A stretch of DNA of 63,640 bases, counting the filler, from Choristocarpus tenellus KU-1152 (lineage: Eukaryota; Protista; Phaeophyceae): NCBI GenBank assembly GCA_964200185.2. It is 11 parts of 11 records of this genome, joined end to end, with 100 filler letters (N's around TTAATTAATTAA, not from the genome) between each part and the next. Parts side by side here need not be neighbours in the genome. Positions count along the whole stretch, not along the records: positions 36,539 to 46,293 come from CAXNAD020003425.1; positions 46,394 to 50,941 come from CAXNAD020014055.1; positions 51,042 to 54,996 come from CAXNAD020016951.1; 8 more parts are not named here. One strand, 5' to 3'. A program made the position numbers and the translations under genes. Of the stretch, positions 40,101 to 51,296 are shown in pieces (within the stretch, counting starts at the first letter, position 1; each line of letters opens with the position of its first letter). The notes under the pieces were generated by a model that saw nothing but the letters and a program-made list of their open reading frames with translations, searched no databases and was not told the DNA's origin.

Positions 40101-40519
40101 CATGGGCCCAAACGAGGCTGGAGGAACGACATTTCCTTGAACCATCTTCGATAGCTCCACTGCTGCCTGTGCTCGGACGTGCGTAGGAAGCTCGGTTTTA
40201 GACCAATGTAAAGATTACACTTTCGTTTGTGCAGAGTTAGACCATTCGAATAAGTGCACGGTGTTAATGCTGATCGTTTGAAGCTTCTCAAAGTGGAGGA
40301 GAATATACGCTGACAAAACATAGTGGTATGGATGTGCAACATCTCAAGTCATAGGAGTATGATATATTCTTCAATTCAAGTGCTCACATTGAGCTGCTTG
40401 TCCACCTCCGGGGAGTAACTCAGCTGCAAAAGTTTCTGCAATGCAGGCAACACATTCCCTCGTCCGTCTTCTTCAGCAGGTGGAGCCCTTAAGGGTAGCA
40501 CATCCCCTCCAGTCCCCAT
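37157..40519 (-). CDS. ARM/HEAT-like repeat protein with a hydrophobic C-terminal segment, 5 exons, apparently complete
   Basis: Phase-consistent exons 40519-40388, 40166-39910, 39246-39182, 38101-37936, 37565-37157. It contains ARM-like helices (VVSYAARGIKNL; GPLTELLDAPDLELRLLATATASN; LRRYAIAAVSNA) and ends ..RVKLGLFVVVWMCFVYRFLYV*. Confidence 0.85.
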
Positions 40520-40630
40520 TTTGAATTTCATTGTCCTTCTTACTATGGAAATTGTTTAAGAAGTTGCATTCGTCTTTTTTTTCTGTTTTGTACTACTACT
40601 TACGTTCAAAATTGGGAAACGTTATATTTC

Positions 40631-41706
40631 TATGGTCTTGGTAGTCACCTCTAGGATAAGACCGACCTTGATAAATTTCGACGAGATGCAAGGCGTCCTG
40701 ATCGGTGATCAGCACATCAAATTAAAGCTGAGATCAAATGTTGTCGATTGGAGCAAAGAAATCCAAACGCAAATTACTTTGCGTTGAGTAAGAAATGCCG
40801 AGAGGTTAGGTTGAATTGCCAAAAAAAACGAAAATCGCTGAAAATCATATCAAGACTTTATTTTGCGACTAGATATTTTTGCCCCAATTGACTTCTTACA
40901 TAATCTCAGCTATAATTCGATGTGCTGATCACCGATCAGGACCCTGCTGCATCACCTCGAAATTTATTAAGATCTGTGATGCTATCAAAAACCTGAATAT
41001 GAACAATATACTATACCAGGGTCTCGGAGCTTGATCTTCGCACGCAGCTCATTACAACGTAGAACTCGACAGACACAATGGCTGTGGAGGCCCCTCTGTC
41101 GAAGGACATGGTGGATATCGTGGTGCGGCCTCTACCTCCAGGCTTCAAGTTTCACAGAAGTCAAAGGAAGAAGTTGGGCAGAGCTTACACGCTGGATATT
41201 GCGGTGTGTTGAGAGGGAGACTCACGCTTGATCAAGTAGACTAGTCAATCAATGCGGAACAAAAAATCAAAGAGGGATCGCGACTACGACGGACAGCGTA
41301 CATTCTGGACCAAGCTCGATGATGAGGGCTGACTGGCTGGCTACTGTCTGATTTGTAGGCATAACAGTGGATCTACGATAACAATGAAGAGATTGCACAG
41401 AGACAGATGAGACATGGAGGATCACGACTCTTCCTCTCCCGTGAAAAAAAATAGTCCTGGGAGAGGAGAAACAGCCCTCCAAGCCATATACTGGACGACG
41501 GACGGACGGATGTCTAAGTAACTTGATTTTAGTGAGGAAAATCGACCTCTCGCCCATTGCACCACAATCAACTCCAACCTACCTAACAATGTTAGGAGCG
41601 ATTCAAGGGTCACATCAAGCTTTATTTCGATGAAAAACTCCGCTCCGATCAAAAGTTAGAGCAGGACAAATTCTGTCCTAGAAGAGAGGGGACTGCCAAC
41701 ACCATA
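40631..41706 (+). mobile_element. Non-autonomous TIR element family D (~1.08 kb) with internal fold-back and relic ORF
   Basis: TIR TATGGT(C/G)TTGG(T/C)AGTC..CTAGGA is present at both ends. The element is colinear with the inverted copy at 51647-52991. Confidence 0.88.
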
Positions 41707-43068
41707 AATGTTTTATACTCTACAGTTATTAACTTGCCAATGTATTGATAATCCACATAACCTCATATATTGATACTTACGATATTCCTTGGTTTTCCTT
41801 TCACACATCTCCAAAATGTCACAAAGCATAATAATAAAATACGTATCATGATAGTAAATTAACTTTTACTAATTTTATAGGTTTTTCTGACATATGAATT
41901 GTTTTCCGTTGGTTTTTCCTTTGAAATATTTGCAAAATGTCACAGACTATAATAATAAAATAGTAGTAATAAAATACGTATCATGATCCATACATAAATC
42001 CATATTAAATTTTATTAATCCAGTTTCAGTTACTACCAAAACCAAGATCAACTCATTATGTCAGACCCCAACATGTCACAAATCACTACCCACCACCACG
42101 CACAGCGTTATCTGCCTCTCTTCGTGTCCCCCCCACTCGGTTATTTCTATTGTTGTAGAAAGCGTCCTCAATCCTGAACGACACAAGCCAACTACACCGC
42201 GAAAAACAAAGCAAGCAAATTCAAAACCAAACAGGACAACGAGAGAAAAACAACCCCCCCTTAGTCATCCTTTCTACACCAACATGGAGGGTGAGAGGGA
42301 TAAGTTGCTCAGCAGTGAGTAGTTCCACCCACTTTCCTTCTGTACTTGTTCGATCTGTATGCCAGCCCTACCCTCCTCTCGTGATATCTTGTTTTTGCTG
42401 TGACCAATCAATGTCATGTCTACCTACTCCAAGAAACAGTAACTACCAAACAATCCTTCTCCCCCATTACATTAAGAATTCCCCTTTAATCACAAAACTC
42501 AATATCTTCAACACCTTCCCTTTTATTTTTGCTGAAGAACTCTGGATAATTATTGGTTGTTCCAAGAATCAAGTCCAACTCAATGTGTCACACCCCACCA
42601 CCTGTCAACATGCAGAAGGCTGTCCTACTGTCTTTGTGTCTCCCCGATCAGTTTGCTTTTGGTCGGAAGGACCTCCCCAGCCCATAGTGAAAGCCTTTTT
42701 TTGAGTCTGTCCCTCTTCCCCATCCTGTCCCTTCTCCTGACTGCCTGTTGACTACCCATCCCCACGAATGTCAAAGCGTCTGATACCATGTCAATTCCTC
42801 TGCACTACCTCAAACGTATGCCAAACGATATATAAATATTATATTGACCTCCACCTCACAACATTTTGCATTTGCACTCCAGAAATTCTTAAGCCGCCAG
42901 TTGCTTTCGCCACCCCAGTTCTTGCTGAACGAAATCCTCGTTCCCTGCACCCCTTCCCTTGTGCACACTCAATTCCATAGTTAGTCGGCAACTATCATCC
43001 CTCAAAATTACAACGAATAAACTGTATGGTCAAGAATTTCCCCGCTTTGTCTCCATCCTCTCTTCCAT

Positions 43069-43216
43069 GGCTGAAAGTATCTGGGGGGGGGAGGCGGCTG
43101 TTCATTCAGGGTCCATTTTTCCATGTTGCGATTTTGGGTGATTCGGTTGCATGCGTCATATGAATAGTGTAAGTTCACTTATCCTAGTCAGGGCCCAAAT
43201 GAAGATACTTTGAGTC
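43069..43216. mobile_element. MITE family C, internally deleted
   Basis: GGCTGAAAGTATCTGGGGG ... AGATACTTTGAGTC with flanks CCAT/TCAT. Confidence 0.8.
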
Positions 43217-43365
43217 TCATCACAGAACTCAAACACCGCACAACCTTTTCCAACTCAATAGCAGTACGCTCCCCTCCCTCTGCTTCCTACAACTCGTACT
43301 ATTTATTCCAAAATCACTCCCACCACGCTATCCATTCCTCCCATTGTCGCTCATAAGATACCCAA

Positions 43366-43891
43366 AAGTTGAAGTAGTTGAGAGGTAGATAGGGCTGGTT
43401 GTATTTAAAGGATCCCAACAAATGGAAAAAAGACGCCATTTTGTACAATTGCAGAAAGAGCATTTGGTTAATCGTAGTGTCGCTTTGTGTGTGGAAAGGG
43501 GGAATATCAGTTTGTGTACACTATTGTGTACACGTTTCAGTTTAATTGGGTGTATTGCACAGGGTTAAAAATATGGTCTATAATAAAAAAAGGGGCCCGT
43601 ACCTGCCTACTTCTGAGACGAAGTATCTTAGAGGGTAGAACCGCGTCCGTTTGGGGACCAAAATACAATGTTGCAATTTTGATGAAATTTTGACTGTCGT
43701 GTTTGTTATTAAGTGTCAATATCCTTGTTTCGGACACACCTTTCATAACGTATACATTTTACCTACTCCAAAAACGGTTTCGAAGTAGGTAAAATGTCAT
43801 CAAAACCCGTGGGAAACCAAGCCCCTAACGGACAAACAGGGCAAAATGTGCACCCTCTAAGATACTTTCACTCTCTCAATTACTTTGTCTC
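43366..43891 (+). mobile_element. MITE family B interrupted in its right TIR by a family A copy (43615-43873)
   Basis: The B body ends ..CCTGCCTACTTCT, a complete A element follows, and then TCTCAATTACTTTGTCTC completes the B TIR. Confidence 0.85.
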
Positions 43892-44700
43892 CAAGGAACC
43901 CGGTCCAATAGACCGTCCAGCAAGTTGCTATGTAAAACAAAAGAGAAATCTGTCTCTCCCATTTTTTTTCCAATTCCTTACATCCTGCAAACGAACTGAG
44001 GAACCCAAGTGTCTTAATCATGTTTCAACCACCTCAGAACTCGTATTTTGATCACTAATGCATTGTATATATTCTGCTGATATAGGAGTAAAATGGTGCC
44101 TTTACCAATTCCCCTGTTTCCAAAAGCGTGTGCTGTACTTCCTAATTCCACCATCCCAAGTATCTGAGGAACTCGGGTCCTAACTGCACTTCATGGTTTC
44201 CCCGTCACCCTTTAGACCTTCGTGTTTCCTTGACATTCAAGTCACCGAGTCGTAACAGTTGAACTCCCAGACAATATTATACACTGCTCACACTGCGTAA
44301 GTGAAATTTCGTAACCCCCTGGCGAGCACTAAGATTTCTTCAGATGTAGCAACCACTCTGCCTGCTACCACCACTTACAACATTTCTTGTAACTATTATT
44401 ATTCGACCTGGGACCAAAACCGCTTTCTGTGAGTACTGGTATGCCACCCATTGACCTCTGCCACAACATTCCAATATATATTTTTTTAGCTAGCAAGATT
44501 GTTTTTTCCCCCAGGTTCCGCTGGTCCAAACAAACAAATATAGTCTGATGCAGCAATTGATGATGACTCGAATAGATACCTTATCCCATCTAGGAAGTCG
44601 TGTATCTCTACCATGATTGAATTATCTACACTTGTCAAAACCAAAAAATCATCTTCAACTTCCCTCGAGTTTTTGGGTTGGATATCTGCATTCCCCACCA

Positions 44701-44958
44701 GAGCCTAAGTATATCAAAGGGTAGAGCCGCGTCCATTTGGGTGCCAAAATCCAATGTTGCAATTTTGATGTAATGTTGGCTATCGTGTTTGTTAGGAAGT
44801 ATCAATATCCATGTTCCGGACACACCTTTTCATAACGTATAAATTTTACCTACTCCGAAACATTTTGGAGTAGGAAAATGTCATAAAGAACCCATGGGAA
44901 GGCAATTCCCGAATGGACAAACAGGGTGAAACTCGTACCCTCTAAGATACTTTCACTC
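44701..44958 (-). mobile_element. MITE family A
   Basis: Full-length copy with TSD ACCA (44697-44700, 44959-44962). Confidence 0.93.
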
Positions 44959-45773
44959 ACCAGGTGGATTAGTTCCCCCTCTTCCCATATCTCCCTATCA
45001 TGCACATGATATATCGTTTTCTCATATTCATCAGACGCTAACCACCCCCACCAACCTGAAGAGTTTCACTGACCAAAAGGTAGACGATAGCCTACTGTTA
45101 TGGATTGTCCAACCACATATCTCAATGCTTGTGCCTTTGTGTGAGGCAACACCTACATTTGAAAAAAATCCTCAATCATCATGCTTCACTATAACAATAC
45201 AAGCATCATAGGATACAACACACAAAGTCCACAGGATGAAAGGCAACACTCAAGTTAATATCTTGGCATACAAGTTGATTTCAGTGGAAGCGTTAATGCT
45301 CCCCATTTCCGAAGGCATTTCTATTATGATGGATAAATCATTACAATTGATCTCCACCTTCCCATCGGTCTCTGCTCCTAAAAAGAAAGTGTCAGCCCTT
45401 TGTGTCTTATGCTGCCAATCTCAATAAATTCTGCACTCCCCCTTTCCCAAATTACTAGGAGATGTTCTTTGGCACTACTGCGATTTCCATACTTCAGTGC
45501 TGGTTGCAAATTGCTGGATTTGACCCAAATATCAACCGATGAATTCGAGACAATCCTTCTTTTACGCAAAAACTTCCTGAAACAATTCGCATATCCATCT
45601 TTATTATATCCATAATATTTTGTAACAATCCATTGTCAATCGCTTTCGACAGTCATCCCAACCTACCCCTCCTGTGATGTCAAATGTTGGTACAAAGTTC
45701 ACTATTTTCTTTATTCTTTGTTCTCTTTTAATTTTGCCATCCATCACCAATGTAAGAACAACTTTTCTCTGTA

Positions 45774-46103
45774 ATTATTATTATTATGCCCTCTGACATC
45801 TTGTAGATTGTGTCAGGGGGGAAACAAATGAAAACTATGCACAATAATAAAATTTATAATAAAGTTATTGGATTCTTGGGATGCCTCCCTAGCTCCTCCC
45901 CCCAGGACACAGATATAGGTAGATTATAAACACAGGAAGGCAGTAGTACAACGTAGATAGTGGCGAAGTAACAAATAGTTTAGTGTCTTTCACATTTATG
46001 ACATTTTATTTCTTTAGGGCTTATACTGACAATGTTATAGTTTTCATTGGTTTCCCCCCTGACACATCTACAAAATGTCAGAGGGCATAATAATAAAAAT
46101 AAT
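45774..46103. mobile_element. AT-rich MITE-like inverted repeat (family F, ~65-bp arms); related partial arms at ~41790-41960, ~59785-59840 and ~60815-60840
   Basis: TTATTATGCCCTCTGACAT..TGTGTCAGGGGGGAAAC..ATGAAAACTAT pairs with ATAGTTTTCAT..GTTTCCCCCCTGACACAT..ATGTCAGAGGGCATAATAA. Confidence 0.8.
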
Positions 46104-46393
46104 AAAATACACATGTCAGTGTAAGCCATAATATGCACTTAACAGTACACGTAGTTCCAGCTCACCGTCCACACATTTTTTCATAGTCATACGTATCGCC
46201 AACTAAACCGAAATTATATTTTAAATACTTGTCCACTAACTCCCTCAAGGACTTTACACTAAGGGCTCAAAGTTTTTAGAGGGGTGGGGTGGGNNNNNNN
46301 NNNNNNNNNNNNNNNNNNNNNNNNNNNNNNNNNNNNNTTAATTAATTAANNNNNNNNNNNNNNNNNNNNNNNNNNNNNNNNNNNNNNNNNNNN

Positions 46394-49387
46394 GATCCTT
46401 CCTCTACCTAGTGCCCCGTGTGTTTGAGATTCTTAAGGCCAAGCAGAAGTGGCAGGTAGGATTGTTGGTCTTGGTAGTGTAGGTACCTGGTGTCTTGTAC
46501 TTCTGGCAGTACCAATGGTGTACCGTACCTGGTGTCTTGTACTTCTGGCAGTACCAATGGTGTACCGTACCTGGTGTCTTGTACTTCTGACAGTACCAAT
46601 GGTGTACCGTACCTGGTGTCTTGTACCTCTGGAAGTACCAATGGTGTACCGTACCTGGTCTCTTGTACTTCTGGAAGTACCAATGGTGTACCGTACTTGA
46701 CTGTGTATGTGTACTGGAGTGATAGGTATTGGTGTATTGGTAGTGTGGTGGTTCCTCAGTGGTGAATAAACCTGGTGCTTGAAAGGTTGTTAGGATTTAG
46801 ATTTGGATTGGTAGGAGTAGTACTAGTACTAGTAGGAGTAGTGCTTTGAACTGTATTGATGAGGGTATTGAGGTATGTTATCTGTACTTGGTCTAGTTTT
46901 GTATTGATGAGGGTACTACGTTTGTAATGTACAATCAAGGTTTGTGATGGTACAGTGTTTGTACTTATTCTGATGTACTTATTCTGATCAATGTGGACTG
47001 AGGTTCGATTGAGGTTCAGTGTTGTGGACTAAGGTTTGATTTATCAGTGTTTGTTCTGCACTGCTGTGGTGGTGATACATTTGGCTGTTCTGTGTACTTG
47101 TGAGATAAGTTTTATGTCTGATGGTGCTGTACTGGTACTATCAATAAAGTCCCTAACCCTAACCCTAATGTTACAACAGGACCTGTCGTAGTCAACAGTG
47201 GAATAAAGTCTGCCACACTGAAAAATTGCTATTCCATCTTTGATTTAATGTTGTAAAAATTGTTTCAACCTCTAGAGGTTAGGACCAGGTGGTAATGTTC
47301 CTTTTATCTCACTGCATAGGTAAGCCTGGTACTGTTACCACAGTCCCTTTCACCAAGTCCTAGTCCCTGACCTGCTCCCTATACCCCTTCCTCTACTTTG
47401 TGTGTTGTGTGTTGTGTGTAGTCCTGTCATCTACCTGAGCTGTTTGAACTACTCCGTTTTTGTATCAAGGGGAATAAAGGAGAGGTTCAGACCTTCCTTG
47501 ACCAACAAGAGGCATTTATGGACACACTCTTCAAGTTTGACAGGTGTGTTGATGACGCGTTAGATCTGGTCTATATTTTTGTGTTTTGAACCTGAGTTGG
47601 GCTTGGGCTTAGGGTTAGGGTTAGGATGAAGAAATAGATAAAAAGAAGCATCGGTTGTTATTATTATTATTATTATTGAGTTTTTTATCAGATGCCATAA
47701 TGTGCTGTCTATAGAGACGACCTTACAATTTTCTTTTTCTTTTTGACATTGGTACCTTGCCTTAACCCTAACCCTTGCCCATCCCCTGCAACACTGGAAC
47801 TCAAGTTCTAACCCTAACCCTAAGTAGTACATCCTTTTATGTGTACGGGTAAACACTGTTGTTCAGAATTAATCGCCCTATCCCTAACCCTTGCTTGATA
47901 TTTTTCAGCTGGCGGAGAGATAATGATGAGACCAAGGGGGAGATGCTTCAAACGCTCTTAACAGTATTGGACCAACACCCTCAGACATACGCCACACTGT
48001 TGGAGGTGAGCTCAACCTAACCCTAACCCTGATATCCATAGTCCTGGTCTGTGTGGATTGTCTTTTTGCAGCTGAATGAAGAAAATATATAAAGAGAAAA
48101 AATAAATAGTGTCTTTTTCGTAGTGTAGATTTAGTACTTTTCCATCTCGTAGTATATATTATTATTATTATTTGTACACCAAGTTTATTATTATTATTTT
48201 GTGGGAAGAGGCAAGAGTGAGGTACCTGTTTTTTGTTCATCTCAGGAGTGAGTATGTATTGGGTAGTCCAGAACATGAAATTGGAGTATGTATTAAGTAC
48301 TTTGGGGTAATGAATTCGATTTGAAGTTAGTGAGACCAAGAACTGTTTTTAGGGTTAGGGTTAGTTTACTCTTTTTTTATTCTCCTTCACCCTAACACGG
48401 TAGAGTTCAATAGAGTTGGTCTCTATTGCTTGCTAACCCTAACCCTAACCCTTGCGATTTCCAACAGCCTTCTGTGTATGGATGTGTGTGGGAATGCATA
48501 TTATTATTATTATCTACATATACATATATAGATATGTATGTATACCCTTGAGAGGTCCTATGCCATTTAATATACCCTAACCCTAACTCCTATGGCATTT
48601 AAAAACACGTGCTAACCCTAATCCTAAGTTCCAAAAACTTTCCCTAGCAACGGGGAGGCGTCCCATAACCTCATTTTTGTGTGGTTCAATTTATTGCTTC
48701 CATGCACAACAATCCCCCCAATGCAGCTCTCAGCAATACCAAAGGTAATGAACAAGCACAACAAGCCATTGGCCAAATAGAGGGTTAGGGTTAGGGTTAG
48801 CAAAGTATCCGTCTCGTCTCGTATTGGACCAAGACAGAGGGGTGTGTGTGTTTTTTTCCAAAATGGTGTTCTCAGGTACTAACCCCTAACCCTAACCCTG
48901 AGTGAGAGCATCTTAGAGGGTACGAGTTTTGCCCTTTTTGTCTTTTTGGGGCTTGACTTCCCATGACTTTTTTATGACATTTTCCTACTCCAAAATGTTT
49001 AGGAGTAAGTAAATGTGTACGTCATGAAAAGGTGTGCCGGGAACATGGATATTGGCACTTGCTAACAAACACAATAGCCAAAATTACATCAAAATCCAAT
49101 GTTGTTGCGATTTTGGCCCCCAAATGGACGCAGCTCTACCCTAACCCTAAGATACTTTTGACTCATAACCCTAACCCTTCCTGTGAGTCGTGGAAAACTA
49201 ACACACTCACTCACGCATCACCCTAACCCTAAGTCTCATGTACATGTTTGGAACTGAAACATTGCGATTGAACTGTTTGAATACATCTCTGAATACGTCT
49301 TTGAATACAGGAACCGACGTGCAGCAGGCTCTTGGAGATGAACGTTTCGTGCCGGGGAACCGCCTGCAGCATCCTGTACAACTCCAA
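46394..49387 (+). CDS. Internal exons of an unassigned protein
   Basis: Phase-consistent GT-AG exons ..46455, 47470-47543, 47909-48005 and 49311-49387 read LVPRVFEILKAKQKWQ|GNKGEVQTFLDQQEAFMDTLFKFD|SWRRDNDETKGEMLQTLL..|EPTCSRLLEMN.. Confidence 0.7.
46483..46696. repeat. Intronic minisatellite, 5 x 42 bp
   Basis: Unit GTACCTGGTGTCTTGTACTTCTGGCAGTACCAATGGTGTACC repeated head-to-tail with no spacers. Confidence 0.95.
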
Positions 49388-50845
49388 GTACGGGAGGTTG
49401 TACTTCCAGGTCATGGTTAATACTGCAAGGAAGTATCCACAGTTCTTGGACAGGATGTACCACTCACTGAATTGGAGGTGGTGAGTGGGGCGTATCCCTA
49501 ATCCTTGTACTCCGGATTAGAGTGTATCCCTAACCCTAGTAGTTGTTTTACCGGGGGGGGGGTGTATTGTATAACTGTAGACCGTATATATCCCTATCCC
49601 TAACCCTAGTATTAATAGGAGTACAATAGCAACACTGATGCGTGGTGGTGGTGGTGGTAGTGAGGTAGGTGAAGCTGTTGTTAGAAGTTATGGGCTAGCC
49701 CTAGCCCTAACCCTAACCCTGTTTTGGATAGTTTGCAGCTGATGGTCGGAAGAGAAGGTCAAAACAGGAAGACAACAGGCAGTTGTTTGAAATTCACTCT
49801 TTTTTTTTTTAGGGGGTGGGGGAGGGGAGGGTGGTCTAGTGGTTTAAACTGTCCAGCTTGTATGCTCTGCCACAGTACTTTTCTCTACAATTTTGAGGAC
49901 CATTAATGACCTACTTATTGACCTACCTACCTAGCTATGTACCCTAACCCTAACATCGGAAATGTGTGGGATGCACTCGAGTTGTTGGTTACTAATATAT
50001 TTTAGTGTTTTTAGTGATACTAGCTTGCTACGATGAAGTAATTATCCCTAACCCTAATACAAAAACTACCTTGCTAGTACTAATTGTGTTGGTACTCTGG
50101 TTCTCAGTATATAGAGAGAGAGTTAGTGTATAGAATGTGCACCCCTAACCCTAATGATCATGTTTTTTGTTTGTATTGTACTAGGTTCTGTTTTGGTGCA
50201 AAATACAGTATTTTTTTTTATCTTATTTCTGAACATCTCTGTAAACCAAACCCTAGTGCTAGTCTCACATTTTTATTATTATTTTTAATATATTATCATT
50301 ATTGTTGTGGGGGCTTGATGTAATACATCAATGTCAGTTGAAGCGTCAGAAAATTATTCCTTATCAGAAAATTCTTTGTCTCATGTAAATTTCCAACGTC
50401 AGTTCCTACCTCTTGCTGAAATCATGAACCTCTGTGATAATGTTGATGAAGAAATTTGATGTAAGGCAAGGGCAAAATGCCAGGAAGCCCTTTCTATTTT
50501 TAGGGTTAGGGTTCCAACCAATATTATTTATTTTTAGTAGGAATACTGTGGTATCGTCACCTGAGTATGAGCACCATTTCACAGGAGTTCAATGGGTTGG
50601 TGCGTTCTTTGGCGTTGTCTCTTCCTCTTACTGGCATTATCACTGTGATGTCCTTGGATTGCTGACCATGGTTGTGGTTCTTGTGTGGAATAATAAATTT
50701 GCTTGCATTTTCTTTGTGGTGACTGGTACCACTGACAAGCTTCACCTATCCTTGACTTTTGCTCTTTGATGTTTTATTATTTTTTTGTGGGCAGAGGCTA
50801 TGTTATATTGAAATCAAGTTTACTGTGAAGGGTTTAGGGTTAGTC
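47150..50845. repeat. Dense cluster of short interstitial telomere-type tracts (CCCTAA/TTAGGG)1-4; similar tracts occur in 26441-30200 and at ~12980, ~15147 and ~19235
   Basis: About two dozen separate tracts by eye, in both orientations, e.g. 47151, 47609, 47809, 48017, 48349, 48434, 48779, 48880, 49221, 49696, 50142, 50500. Confidence 0.9.
48900..49164 (+). mobile_element. MITE family A with converted TIR, flanked on both sides by telomeric tracts
   Basis: GAGTGAGAGCATCTTAGAGGGTA ... TACCCTAACCCTAAGATACTTTTGACTC. The flanks are (CCCTAA)n rather than a recognisable TSD. Confidence 0.92.
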
Positions 50846-51296
50846 TGAAATAAACTACTTTTTTTTTGGGGGGGGGGGTCTTGACCACCTTGCGTGGGGT
50901 ATTGGAGTGGGTGTGGGTGGGTGTGGGATGGATTTGCTTGTNNNNNNNNNNNNNNNNNNNNNNNNNNNNNNNNNNNNNNNNNNNNTTAATTAATTAANNN
51001 NNNNNNNNNNNNNNNNNNNNNNNNNNNNNNNNNNNNNNNNNCACAATTACTCTGGACAGCCTGCCTTCGTCCTTAGACTGACAGGAATGTTGACTCTCAT
51101 TCCAGGCACGTGTAGTCACGGTGGCCTCGTACATAGTGCTTTGCCCGCCCCCGTACCATCTCTATCGGGTTCAATTAACAGTGTCCTTTGAGGGGCAGGC
51201 AACAACTCGGACCTCATTGGGCGTCAAAGTGTCCTGTGAGTGGCTTAAACAGTATTAAGCCGAGGTCCGCCCATGTACCGTTTTGGTGGTTACCAA

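Noticed and set aside
42290-45700. Possible decayed coding sequence between MITEs
   Set aside because: No continuous frame and no recognisable transposase, helicase or RT motif.
46483-46696. CRISPR-like array or repeat-protein ORFs
   Set aside because: The units are contiguous with no unique spacers, there are no cas genes, and the context is a eukaryotic intron.
46394-50941. A true chromosome end or telomere
   Set aside because: The tracts are short, in both orientations and interleaved with exons. There is no long terminal array.
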